Source of the DNA: an uncultured Verrucomicrobiae bacterium
GTDB taxonomy: Bacteria; Verrucomicrobiota; Verrucomicrobiia; Limisphaerales; Palsa-1400
DNA: 64,000 nucleotides
NCBI GenBank assembly: GCA_963702845.1
Contig: OY969763.1
Coordinates: 992,001-1,056,000, forward strand
Direction of reading: 5' to 3'
The notes under the pieces were generated by a model. That model worked only from the letters and a program-made list of their open reading frames with translations. It had not been told where the DNA came from and did no database searches. This document shows, one piece after another, positions 43,231-52,651 of the stretch (the stretch's first letter is position 1; the number at the start of each line of letters is the position of its first letter). The position numbers and the translations under genes are program-made.

Positions 43231-45054
43231 CTAGGGGAACAGTATACGCAGGAACTGTTGTGTGCCGGATGGGTTGTTCGTGAATGAGAGCACGCCGTAA
43301 CTGTCGGTAAAGTTCGTCGCAATCGGCGTCCATTGGATTGGTGAGGTCAGATCAGTGGCGGATTGGATGATGTATGTGAGCCCGGGCATGGTGTTTCCGG
43401 TGATCGCGGACTGGGAAGCGTCGAAGCCGACAGATGGCGGAGTCGCGACTGAAAGCGTTGCAGGGTTGCTGTTGGTGAAACCTGAGGTGTTGGTCACGGT
43501 CACGGAATAACTTCCCGATTCGTTCGCGCTTATCGATGTTAGGCTCAGACTGCTGGTGCCGGTGCCGGAATAGGCGCCAGTGTCAGACAACGGTGAATTG
43601 TTTTTGTTCCACTGGTAACTTAACGGATTGCTGCCGGACGCGGTGACAGAAAAACTGGCATTCTGGCCGACCAGTACCGATTTCGCAACGGGCTGTGCAG
43701 TAACCGTTGGGGGCGAACTGATCGTAACAATCGCTGGCGCGCTGGTGGTGCTGCCCCAGTAGTTTGTCACAACGACGGTATACGTTCCGGAGTCTGATAC
43801 GGTTGCGCCGCCGATTGTGTAGCTGGTGTTTATGTTCGTGCCGGTGATGTTTTGTGAGAACACAAGGCTGCCGTTCTTATACCAGTTATAACCCTGATTC
43901 AAAGAGGCACCGAAAGGATTCTGTTGAACTGACGCGGAGACATTGAGAGTGACGTTGTTGCCGCTGTTCGTCGTTACTCCGGTTGGAGAAGACGTGATCC
44001 CTGGCGGAACGCCGAATGCCCAATACGAGTCGTATTCCTGTTGATTCACGATGACGTTTCCACCGGGGAGCACACTGTTGAACACAACCGAATAAATACC
44101 GCTGTGCGCCGCATAGATTTGGTTGGGGACAAGAGTCAGGTTGCTTCCGCTTTGGCTGAAACTGGTGATGTCGGCGTAATTATATTGCCACTTATAGGTA
44201 TTCGTCGCGGTGGAGAAGTTGGTGATGTAGCTTGTCAACATGAGCGCATTGCTCACGGTGAAATAGTTGGTGTAATGAAACGCCAGTTGATTGCTACCTG
44301 CGGTTCGGCAAACCGTCATGTACGCAGCGGCCGTTGAAGTGCCTTGTGAGTTCGACGCAACCACGCTGTAAACACCCGCGTTTGTCGGATCAACAGATGC
44401 CCGCGCCAAACTTGATCCTGTGCCGATCTGAGTAGAAGGGCTCGGTAAGCCTTGATACCAGATGTAAGTCGGCGTGGGGTTGCCGTAGGCACCGGCGCTG
44501 AACAGGACCTCAGCTCCTTGCTGCGCGGTCACACTCTGCGGCGGTGAAGTGAAGCTTGGCGAAGCCAGCGCCGCGTTGGTTGGCGCAATGATGATCGAGG
44601 CGCTCCGACTATCAGTCAAACCGCTACAGATACCGTCCCAAATTTTGAGAGTGAACGGAAACGTCCCGTTGTTTGTTGGCGTGCCGGAAACCGTTGCTTT
44701 GTTCAGGCCGGCGTAGGAAATTTTTAGCCCTTGTAGGAAGCTGAGCTGGCCGCTCATGCAAACGTTGGACAACATCATCGAACTGACCGAGCCGGCATGG
44801 CTGCCTGAATAGGTAATGGTGCCGATGTAGGAAACCCCGTTCGTCGCGGTGACCGGTGAAATGGCGATGCTCGAGGCGCTGGATACGGCGTCGAAGCCGA
44901 AGAGGCCGATGGCACCGGCACCGATGCGCAGCACAACACCCCATGCGCATGGCGCGATTTCACGCGCTTGCATCAGCACGGTTCGAAGCAATGGCGCGAC
45001 CTGTAAAATGCACGCCAGGAACAGTGGCAGAATTTTAGACACAGTCTTTTTCAT
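43231..45054 (-). CDS. Ig-domain surface protein with FYR-type C-terminal domain
   Basis: Hydrophobic N-terminus, He_PIG-like SGTPTNNGTF, several Ig units (YQW.K, SG.Y.V.V.N); ends QQFLRILFP. Confidence 0.75.
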   Translation of the reverse strand: MKKTVSKILPLFLACILQVAPLLRTVLMQAREIAPCAWGVVLRIGAGAIGLFGFDAVSSASSIAISPVTATNGVSYIGTITYSGSHAGSVSSMMLSNVCMSGQLSFLQGLKISYAGLNKATVSGTPTNNGTFPFTLKIWDGICSGLTDSRSASIIIAPTNAALASPSFTSPPQSVTAQQGAEVLFSAGAYGNPTPTYIWYQGLPSPSTQIGTGSSLARASVDPTNAGVYSVVASNSQGTSTAAAYMTVCRTAGSNQLAFHYTNYFTVSNALMLTSYITNFSTATNTYKWQYNYADITSFSQSGSNLTLVPNQIYAAHSGIYSVVFNSVLPGGNVIVNQQEYDSYWAFGVPPGITSSPTGVTTNSGNNVTLNVSASVQQNPFGASLNQGYNWYKNGSLVFSQNITGTNINTSYTIGGATVSDSGTYTVVVTNYWGSTTSAPAIVTISSPPTVTAQPVAKSVLVGQNASFSVTASGSNPLSYQWNKNNSPLSDTGAYSGTGTSSLSLTSISANESGSYSVTVTNTSGFTNSNPATLSVATPPSVGFDASQSAITGNTMPGLTYIIQSATDLTSPIQWTPIATNFTDSYGVLSFTNNPSGTQQFLRILFP

Positions 45055-45067
45055 AAAAATTTTTAAG

Positions 45068-45286
45068 TTAGTTGCAGCCGCATCCACCGCCGCCCACACT
45101 GCGTCCGCCCGAGGCCATTTCGCGTGAGAAGAAAATGTGTTCTTCCTGCGCGGTGCTGATTGGATCGCGATCTGCGCGCATGGTGTAGTCTGCGAGCGTG
45201 CCGCGTTGCCATGGTTTCACATTCTGGCAACCGGTCAGCGCGAACATCCCACAGGCGAAGGCGAAACAAATAAGAACGGTTTTCAT
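45068..45286 (-). CDS. DUF4266 small lipoprotein
   Basis: Lipobox LTGC, VKPWQRG.LA, RE.ASGG...GGGGCGCN. Confidence 0.85.
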   Translation of the reverse strand: MKTVLICFAFACGMFALTGCQNVKPWQRGTLADYTMRADRDPISTAQEEHIFFSREMASGGRSVGGGGCGCN

Positions 45287-45291
45287 AAAAG

Positions 45292-45792
45292 TTACTTCTT
45301 CAAAAGCGTTTCGATTTCATGCGTATATTCCTGCTTCGTTTTCGCGCCGTAATAGCCGGTGTGCGCGAAACGGACCTTGCCGGTTGTGTCGATCAGGAAT
45401 GAACTTGGCATGGCGGACACTTCAGTTTTTTCCACGAGCTTTTTGCCGTCAGGACCAGCTTCGCGAACGGTATTGAATGAAACCGGATGTTGTTGCAGGA
45501 AATCGTCCATGTCCGCCTTTTTTTCGTCTTCGCTCACGGCAATGATCACAAAACCTTGCGGGCCGTATTTCTTTTGCAGCTCGTCGAGCGTTGGGAAAGA
45601 TTGTTTACACGGTCCGCACCAGGACGCCCAGAAATCGACCAGGACAACCTTCCCCTTCGTGTCCGGCACAGCGCCGTCGAACTTGTAATCGCTCAGTGTT
45701 GGAAAGGAGTCGCCAGTCTTTACTTCTGCCTGCACAACCGACACGAAGCAGCACGCCGCGAGAGCGATCAACGAAAACTTATAAAGTCGCAT
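45292..45792 (-). CDS. TlpA-family thioredoxin-like disulfide reductase
   Basis: Signal peptide, [28 protein letters not shown]. Confidence 0.9.
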   Translation of the reverse strand: MRLYKFSLIALAACCFVSVVQAEVKTGDSFPTLSDYKFDGAVPDTKGKVVLVDFWASWCGPCKQSFPTLDELQKKYGPQGFVIIAVSEDEKKADMDDFLQQHPVSFNTVREAGPDGKKLVEKTEVSAMPSSFLIDTTGKVRFAHTGYYGAKTKQEYTHEIETLLKK

Positions 45793-46801
45793 AATGATGA
45801 AATCCTTTCGATTGGGTTCGTCCGGTTTCTGTGGTCACTGCACCTTCGACGTTGGCACACATGTGCATCATCTCGACCCCTTCGCGTGCGCCAAGGATGA
45901 ACGCCGATGTGGAAATAATCCCGGCGACTGTACAACTCGGTGCGATCACTGAAACCGCCAAAACTTTATTGTTCACCGGCCAGCCGGTGCGCGGATCGAT
46001 GATATGGCCAAATCGGCGGCCATCGATAGAAAAGTGTCGTAGATAATCGCCGGAGGTTGCGACCGCGTGATTGTTTACGGCAACGCCAGTCCAGCAGTGG
46101 CCGGGGCGTTTGGGATCATCCAATCCGATGTGCCACGCCGGTTTGTCCGCGGGTTGGCCATGGACGCGCACGTCGTGGCCGAAATCGACGAGGACGTTCG
46201 CGATGCCGCGCTCCAAACACAGAGTGACGACTCGATCGACGGCGTATTCTTTTCCGATGCCGCCGAGGTCGAGGCACATGCCCTTGCGCGGCAGAAAAAT
46301 GCCGCCTTTGCGCCGCTGAATTTTGCGCCAACCGACGATCTCGCGAGTTGCGGCAATCGTGTCCTTGGTCGGGATTACCGGCGGATTAGCTTTCCAGTTC
46401 CACAGCCGAATGAGGGGCAGGGACGTTGGATCGAACACGCCCTTGGTGAAAAAAATCATCTCCTGACACAGATTAAATATCGCGTCAGCTTCGGCATCGA
46501 CTTCTACCCAATGTTCGCCCGCAACGGCATTGATTTGGCTAATCAAACTGTCGGGAATGAAACGAGAATACTTCGCTTCGAACGCGGAGACCCAATCGAG
46601 AATTTCGTCCTGCAACTGCCGTGCCAGCGCAGGATTTGTCGCGCGAAAGTTCACGCGACACGTCGTGCTCATCGCGGTAAACGTAAGCTGATGAAATGAT
46701 TCGCCCGCCGCATTGTGGCCAATCACCGATGCAGTGCGTTGCGCTGAGCGCCAAATGCGCTCGTGCACCATCTGCAATGAATCTGGAGCGTTCAAAACCA
46801 T
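45779..46801 (-). CDS. apbE: FAD:protein FMN transferase ApbE
   Basis: [43 protein letters not shown]. Confidence 0.92.
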   Translation of the reverse strand: MVLNAPDSLQMVHERIWRSAQRTASVIGHNAAGESFHQLTFTAMSTTCRVNFRATNPALARQLQDEILDWVSAFEAKYSRFIPDSLISQINAVAGEHWVEVDAEADAIFNLCQEMIFFTKGVFDPTSLPLIRLWNWKANPPVIPTKDTIAATREIVGWRKIQRRKGGIFLPRKGMCLDLGGIGKEYAVDRVVTLCLERGIANVLVDFGHDVRVHGQPADKPAWHIGLDDPKRPGHCWTGVAVNNHAVATSGDYLRHFSIDGRRFGHIIDPRTGWPVNNKVLAVSVIAPSCTVAGIISTSAFILGAREGVEMMHMCANVEGAVTTETGRTQSKGFHHYATL

Positions 46802-48186
46802 CCGCGCAGTCCGATTGTAAAAACGTTGGCTGCCGGGTACGCGCTTTGCGAAGTCACGGCGTCCAGACCGCGCATCACATAGCGCATGTATCCAGCATCC
46901 AACGATAAGTGTTTTTGAATTTGATATGTTGCTCGCAGGCTGAGTGAAAATGTATTCAGTTCTGTGAGCCGATAGTCTGACGAATACGCCGCTGGCAAGT
47001 TGTTGAAATCCGGGACGAGCACGTAATAAAAACTGGCGACGGTTTGATAGTAGTACCGAAACATTGGCGACAATACGACGCGCTTGCCCACCTTTTGATT
47101 CCAGCGAAGATCAATGGTGTGCGCGTTGATCTGCCACGAATCGTGGAAGAACCGGTAACTCATTTCCAAGCCGCCATTGAGGGGATCGACGAACCGGTTG
47201 TAGCCCAGGTAAATGATTCCAAGTGTGCGATGGCGTGGACGTTTTTCGGGTAGCAGCGCGGCGTCGCTTGGGTTGTCCTGGAAAAAATTAGTCGCCGTCA
47301 TCACGCCGCGATAAGGATCGGACAAATATCCTGTCTCCGTTCCGAACGTCAGGTTCGCCGTCACGTATGATTTGGGCGTGAGCAGTTGGGTGACGCCGAC
47401 GAGAAGATCGTGGGTGCTTTTGTGTTCCCACACTAAATTCGCATCGCGGACAATGTCGAAATTGCCGGACCAACCAAAATTCAACGTCGAGTTCTTGTTA
47501 TTGAAGTTGAACGCGTCAGTGAACGCAATTCCGCGCGAAACGTAGTCACTTTCTGCGCTGAACGCGATGCCCGGCGTGAACTCGTGTTGCTGGAACGTAA
47601 TCGGGAACCCTAACGCAAAGGCAGCGCGGAAGTCGTGCATCTGCGTTAGCGGCACGGTGTTGTTTCTGAAATTCGGATTATTTGTGAGGCTTTGAAAACT
47701 GGAGGCTGCGCTATTCGTCGCATCGCGGCGCGCATCTGCCTGTGCTTGTGGCAAAATGCTGTTGGTCATGTCCTGGAGCGATTCCAATCCAGTCACGACG
47801 AAATTCTGATAATTGAAATTGCTCGCGCTCAGGAAGTGACTCGTGAACGCCTGTTGATAGGCGGTGTTGAATAAATCGTTTTGAGTCGGGAACGGCCATT
47901 GTGACTGGGGCGGTGCTCCGGTCGGTGTTGCGCCGGAAATGGAATCAAAAACAAGCTGACCAGCGGCGCGCACCTGTGGTCCTAACGCGACATCTAAATT
48001 AAATGTGTCGGTTTCAACTTTGATGCGGTCGTCGTCCTCTTTGTACCATTCGTGGCGATAACCGGTCGTGTCCTCCTGCGCCTGCGCCCGGATTATTCGC
48101 AGCATGAACAACAGCAGCGCCAGTCTCAGTGCGAGCCGGCGATTGCGGGGACAAAATTCGTGTGCGTCAGAGCAAGGGCGTTTCAA
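46792..48186 (-). CDS. DUF3570 outer-membrane beta-barrel protein with flavinylation-type motif; start uncertain
   Basis: YKEDDDRIKV, DSISGATPTG, SAESDY.S, GYLSDPY, EKRP..R, SSDYRL, terminal aromatic F. A TTG start overlaps the upstream TGA. Confidence 0.8.
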   Translation of the reverse strand: MKRPCSDAHEFCPRNRRLALRLALLLFMLRIIRAQAQEDTTGYRHEWYKEDDDRIKVETDTFNLDVALGPQVRAAGQLVFDSISGATPTGAPPQSQWPFPTQNDLFNTAYQQAFTSHFLSASNFNYQNFVVTGLESLQDMTNSILPQAQADARRDATNSAASSFQSLTNNPNFRNNTVPLTQMHDFRAAFALGFPITFQQHEFTPGIAFSAESDYVSRGIAFTDAFNFNNKNSTLNFGWSGNFDIVRDANLVWEHKSTHDLLVGVTQLLTPKSYVTANLTFGTETGYLSDPYRGVMTATNFFQDNPSDAALLPEKRPRHRTLGIIYLGYNRFVDPLNGGLEMSYRFFHDSWQINAHTIDLRWNQKVGKRVVLSPMFRYYYQTVASFYYVLVPDFNNLPAAYSSDYRLTELNTFSLSLRATYQIQKHLSLDAGYMRYVMRGLDAVTSQSAYPAANVFTIGLRGWF

Positions 48187-50717
48187 GGGCAAAGGATCCG
48201 GTAGAATTGGTTGGTCCCACCCGCTATCCCATTGGTGAACTGCACGAGGCCATTCGCGTCGGCCATGTTGGTGGCCACTGTGACCCACGGAATTGGCGGC
48301 GCGAGCGAATCTGCACTTTGCAACAAATACGGATCACCCGCAACGCCGCTTGCGCGCAGGAGAAGTGTATCGGCAGAAACTTGTGACGAGATTTGCGGGG
48401 GCGGCAAAACCGTCAACGTCGCTGGGGCACTGGTCGCGGTTCCGTATTGATTGGATACGATGATGCTATAACTGCCGGCTTGATCGACGGTGACGTTTGC
48501 CAGTGCCAGATTGGAAGTGGTTGTACCGGACAAGGCGGTGCCGCCGTTGAGATACCATTGATAGGTCAACGTCGGCGTTCCGGTGGCGATTGCGTTAAAG
48601 CTGACGTTTTTGCCAGCGAGAACAGTTTGATTGCCGCTTTGTTGAACAATCACAGGGGCGTTGGGCATCGCAAGAATTCCAGCGGCGCTGATTGCGACGT
48701 TGGTGCTGTAAAAAGTCTGGGTGAGTGATGGGTCTACCGTGATCCATTCAACGGCTGTTGGAGATGCGTAAGGCCAAATCACACTCGGACCTAAAATGTA
48801 GTAAACGATGACGGCTGGATCAGTCGGGTTTGCCGGCCATGTGTAGCGGCTTTTTCCCGGAACATCCGCCAGCGGCTGTTCAGACATTTGACCTTCCACA
48901 TTCCATGCCGCCACTGGCAGGCACGCGTTGGTCGAAGACCAGGCGAACATGTTTACCGCAGAATCATTGGTGGTAATCATATTGTATCCACCGAAAAAAT
49001 TCTCCAAAGCCGACGAAACAAAAAACGAGTTGGCGGGGATTTTCGTGCTGCTGTTTGTCGTGCCAGCCAGCGATGTGTTGCCCGTATAGGAGTAGGTGAC
49101 AGGATAGTTGGTCGGCAGGTACGGAATGGACGCGCGGTTGAACGTCGCGGCAAAGTCGCCGGTTGAGTTCGTTGTTTTCCCGGCGACTACTGCACCGTTG
49201 AGATTGACGGTAATCGTTTCGTTTAGCGCGGGATAGATAGGGCCCGGGGCACTCAACTTTCCGGACAACGTGACTGTCTGGACGCCTGTGCCCACAGCAG
49301 TTGTTTGGCTGACCGACAAGTTGGTGAATGCCGGCGCGGGTTTGACGACAAGATTGAGTTGCCCGCCAGCGATCACCAGCGAGGCAGCGTTGTTGGTTGC
49401 AATGCCTGTGCCGAGAACTGAAACCGTCGGATTCGGTGTCCCGTTGATGCTGGCGCTGGACACTTGGATGAGACGGTATGTGCCCGCCCCTAGCGGTGTG
49501 GCGGCGGCATTGGTTACGGTGATGGCATTGTTATTAAGCGTTAATGAGCCTTGCGTGATGTAGAGCGGCGGATGAGTTGTGTCGCCCGTAAATGTCACAG
49601 GAGTGAAATTCAAAACGACAGGTCGCGTTCCGAAACTTACTACGCCCGCCGTGGGTCCGCCTTTGATCATCGCGGCGGCCGTCGTTCCGGTTCCGGTTCC
49701 AGCGACAAATAAAGTTGTGCTGCTGCCGAGCGTCCAAAGGTTGTTGGCTGACACATCGAGCACCGATCCATTTGCGCCGGGGATAATTCTGATCCGCGAG
49801 GAACTGCCGATGGAGCCCGTTACGCCGATCGTCAACGAACCGTTGCTGATCGTCGTGACGCCAGTGTAAGTATTCGCGCCAGTCAACTTAAGCGCCGCGG
49901 TGCCAAATTTGTTCAAGCCACCTGTTCCCGACATGATCCCTGAGATCGTCACCGCATTTGCATTGATGCCAATGCCGGGTATGGCTGCGCCCAACGTCCA
50001 ATTCCCCGCCAGCGTCAGTCCGCCGGTGTTGCCCGTGAAATTGATGTTCGTTCCGACGACTGCCGTGAACGGATTGGTAATCGTGATCGGATTACTGCCT
50101 TCAGCAACCAGAGTGTAATTCTGGCTGCTGGCAAACATCTGGATCGGTCCGGTGCCGAATGCCGAATCGTTGTTGAAGTAAACAGTTCCGGTAAAACTTA
50201 TAACCGTGCCCCCGGAATTGTATCCGAGCTTCGTGCCACCCGAATACGTGTTCGTGCCGTGCAAGTAGGTTGATTTGGAACCTTCCAGCACAATGTTTCC
50301 CGTGCCGATCATCGGAACGCCAACCGTCGTCGTGCCGCCGTTGGAACCGGAAGTGTGCAGCGCTGAATCGGTTGCCATGTTGAGCGCACCAGCGCCAGCG
50401 ATGGTGACGAAACATCCCGGGGGCGTCAGCGAGCCATTAAAAATACCTGCGCAGTTGATAGTTGTGTCCAATTGGACGGTAAAAGTGCCGGTTCCGGAAG
50501 ACCCTGCGCAAAAACAAGCAGCGACGTTGTCCTGCCACGCAAAAGGACTCGCGGTCAATGCGGAGGTTGTCGCCCATTCCGCAGTAGTTGTGTCCCATGT
50601 TCCAGCAGGTGTTGCGCTGGCACTGGCGCCTGTTGGATCCCAATAATAGACTGTCGCCCGCGCGGTGACATTGAGAAGGAGAACGCAGGCGGAGGTAATT
50701 ACTAGAATTGGGCGCAT
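48183..50717 (-). CDS. surface protein with autotransporter-associated beta-strand repeats, Ig domain and FYR-type C-terminal domain
   Basis: GTNTYSGGT and LTGANTYTGVTTI.NG.L repeats, Ig unit (YQWY.NG); ends NQFYRILCP. No autotransporter barrel. Confidence 0.8.
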   Translation of the reverse strand: MRPILVITSACVLLLNVTARATVYYWDPTGASASATPAGTWDTTTAEWATTSALTASPFAWQDNVAACFCAGSSGTGTFTVQLDTTINCAGIFNGSLTPPGCFVTIAGAGALNMATDSALHTSGSNGGTTTVGVPMIGTGNIVLEGSKSTYLHGTNTYSGGTKLGYNSGGTVISFTGTVYFNNDSAFGTGPIQMFASSQNYTLVAEGSNPITITNPFTAVVGTNINFTGNTGGLTLAGNWTLGAAIPGIGINANAVTISGIMSGTGGLNKFGTAALKLTGANTYTGVTTISNGSLTIGVTGSIGSSSRIRIIPGANGSVLDVSANNLWTLGSSTTLFVAGTGTGTTAAAMIKGGPTAGVVSFGTRPVVLNFTPVTFTGDTTHPPLYITQGSLTLNNNAITVTNAAATPLGAGTYRLIQVSSASINGTPNPTVSVLGTGIATNNAASLVIAGGQLNLVVKPAPAFTNLSVSQTTAVGTGVQTVTLSGKLSAPGPIYPALNETITVNLNGAVVAGKTTNSTGDFAATFNRASIPYLPTNYPVTYSYTGNTSLAGTTNSSTKIPANSFFVSSALENFFGGYNMITTNDSAVNMFAWSSTNACLPVAAWNVEGQMSEQPLADVPGKSRYTWPANPTDPAVIVYYILGPSVIWPYASPTAVEWITVDPSLTQTFYSTNVAISAAGILAMPNAPVIVQQSGNQTVLAGKNVSFNAIATGTPTLTYQWYLNGGTALSGTTTSNLALANVTVDQAGSYSIIVSNQYGTATSAPATLTVLPPPQISSQVSADTLLLRASGVAGDPYLLQSADSLAPPIPWVTVATNMADANGLVQFTNGIAGGTNQFYRILCP

Positions 50718-50795
50718 ATGGTTGACCGCTTATGATACGCAACCGAAATAACGAAAATGCACCGTGTAATATTAAAAAACTTTTATGTTCGTTCC

Positions 50796-51854
50796 CTAGC
50801 CTTGCGTAATCGGATGTTTATGCGTTGCGCACGGGAAACGAACGCGGGCTGCGTAATGTCCGTTGCGGGCACCGGAGCGGAATTCAATGTCTGGCTGATG
50901 GCTGAGCAACGCATTGACCACGCGCAGACCGAGGAACAAAGTTTTTTCGGCGCGCACCGGAGGGTTTGGGACGCGGTTAAAAACAATCAGGCCACCGCGG
51001 CGCTCTTTGCGAAGCACCCGGACGACTATATCGCCTTGCCCATGTTTTAGCGCGTTAGTCAGCAGATTGTGCAGGACTTGTTTGAAATAGATTGCGTCGG
51101 AATTCACCAGGCATTCGCTTTTGGCGCGCAAACGGACAGAACGGCCGGATTCCGCCGCTAGCAATTCAAAATCTTTCGATACGTCCGCGACCATCGCGGA
51201 CAAGTCAAAAACTTGCGGATGCCATACCAGTCGGCCTTGTTCCGCCTTCGCAATGAGCAGGGATTGATCGACAACATGCGTCAGGCGATGAAGTTCTTCC
51301 TGCAAATCTTCCGAGAGATCGGGTTCGATTTTGGTATCAGCTTGCTCGAGCTTCAGCCGCATGATGGCCAGCGGCGTTCGCAACTCATGCGCGACCTTTG
51401 CGGCGTATTCGCTCATTTCAGAAAACGAACTGTTCAGACGCGCCAGGAGGTCATTGATGTGTTCGAGCAGAGCTCGAAATTCTTTATCGCCTTCGGTGAG
51501 GACGATTTTCTGACCGAGTGTTTTCGAGCTGATTCCCTGGAGCTGTTGGTTGACGCGTTGGATCGGGCGCAACGATTTCCGCGCGATATAATATCCCAAC
51601 ACCAATGTCAGCGCGATAAGCGGCAAGGAATAGCCTATCCATCCTTCGACCAGTTCGCCCATGATATCGCGCACTTCTCCCTCTGAAAAGCTGCCGTGCA
51701 ATTTCCAGTCGGGATGATCCGGATAATCGCGCTGCCAATGTTTCTGGCGCAGCTCGACTTCCATCTGGTGATACGTGAACGTCGCGAAAACAAACGTGAT
51801 CACGAGAATGCTCAATCCGAACCATAACGCCAACCGTACCCGCAATGAATTCAC
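50796..51854 (-). CDS. membrane sensor histidine kinase (HAMP-HisKA) with degenerate ATP-binding domain
   Basis: Two TMs, HAMP, AHELRTPL and N-box NLLTNALKH. The G1/F/G2 boxes are not recognisable. Confidence 0.8.
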   Translation of the reverse strand: MNSLRVRLALWFGLSILVITFVFATFTYHQMEVELRQKHWQRDYPDHPDWKLHGSFSEGEVRDIMGELVEGWIGYSLPLIALTLVLGYYIARKSLRPIQRVNQQLQGISSKTLGQKIVLTEGDKEFRALLEHINDLLARLNSSFSEMSEYAAKVAHELRTPLAIMRLKLEQADTKIEPDLSEDLQEELHRLTHVVDQSLLIAKAEQGRLVWHPQVFDLSAMVADVSKDFELLAAESGRSVRLRAKSECLVNSDAIYFKQVLHNLLTNALKHGQGDIVVRVLRKERRGGLIVFNRVPNPPVRAEKTLFLGLRVVNALLSHQPDIEFRSGARNGHYAARVRFPCATHKHPITQG

Positions 51855-52528
51855 GACTCTTCCTCCCGCATGGCGAAGCCGCGTCCCCGCAGCGTGTGAA
51901 GCAATGGCTTCGACCCCGGCCGATCAATCTTCCGGCGAAGATGATTGATGTAGACGTTGACGACGTTCGTTTCGGAATCGAAGTGTTGGTCCCAAACGTG
52001 TTCGACAATGGCTGTCTTGCTTACTGGATTGGGCGTCGACGACATCAAAAATTCCAGCAACGTGTATTCGCGTTTGGTTAAATCGATTTCGCGTCCGGCG
52101 CGGCGCGCGGTATGGGCGACTAGGTCCAGTTCCAAATCGCCAACGCGCAAAACGTTGAACGATTGGGGACGTTGCCGACGAAGGAGTGCGCGCAATCGTG
52201 CGAGAAGTTCCGCAAGCGAGAAAGGTTTGACCAGATAATCATCGCCGCCGGCATCCAGACCGCGCACGCGATCTTCGACTTCGCCGCGCGCAGTTAGAAA
52301 AATCACCGGGGTTAAAATCTGCTCGCGTCGCAACTGGCGGACGACGGTGAAACCGTCCTTGCCCGGCATCATGACATCGAGAGCCATGACGTCGTATGGA
52401 TGATTCTTCGCCAGCCAAATCGCTTCGTCGCCGTCCATGGCAAGATCTACCGCGTAGCCTTCGGCAGCCAGCCCCTGGCGTAAATGCTGGGCGACCTTGG
52501 GTTCGTCTTCAGCGAGAAGAATTCGCAT
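51851..52528 (-). CDS. OmpR/CusR-family response regulator
   Basis: ILLAEDE, LDVMMP..DG, FLTAR, DDYLVKPF, TNVVNVYI..LRRKID, HTLRG.G. Confidence 0.92.
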   Translation of the reverse strand: MRILLAEDEPKVAQHLRQGLAAEGYAVDLAMDGDEAIWLAKNHPYDVMALDVMMPGKDGFTVVRQLRREQILTPVIFLTARGEVEDRVRGLDAGGDDYLVKPFSLAELLARLRALLRRQRPQSFNVLRVGDLELDLVAHTARRAGREIDLTKREYTLLEFLMSSTPNPVSKTAIVEHVWDQHFDSETNVVNVYINHLRRKIDRPGSKPLLHTLRGRGFAMREEES

Positions 52529-52651
52529 AGTAAACGCGCGAACACATTAGATGCTCGCGATGAGGCATGTTATTCGGCTGGCCCGGCGTTCGCCAGATGT
52601 AAGTTGAACCCAATCATTGACACTAATGAACCGGGCGGCACAAGCTTCGTT

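Noticed and set aside
48183..50717. Classical type V autotransporter
   Set aside because: Passenger-type repeats are present but there is no C-terminal beta-barrel.
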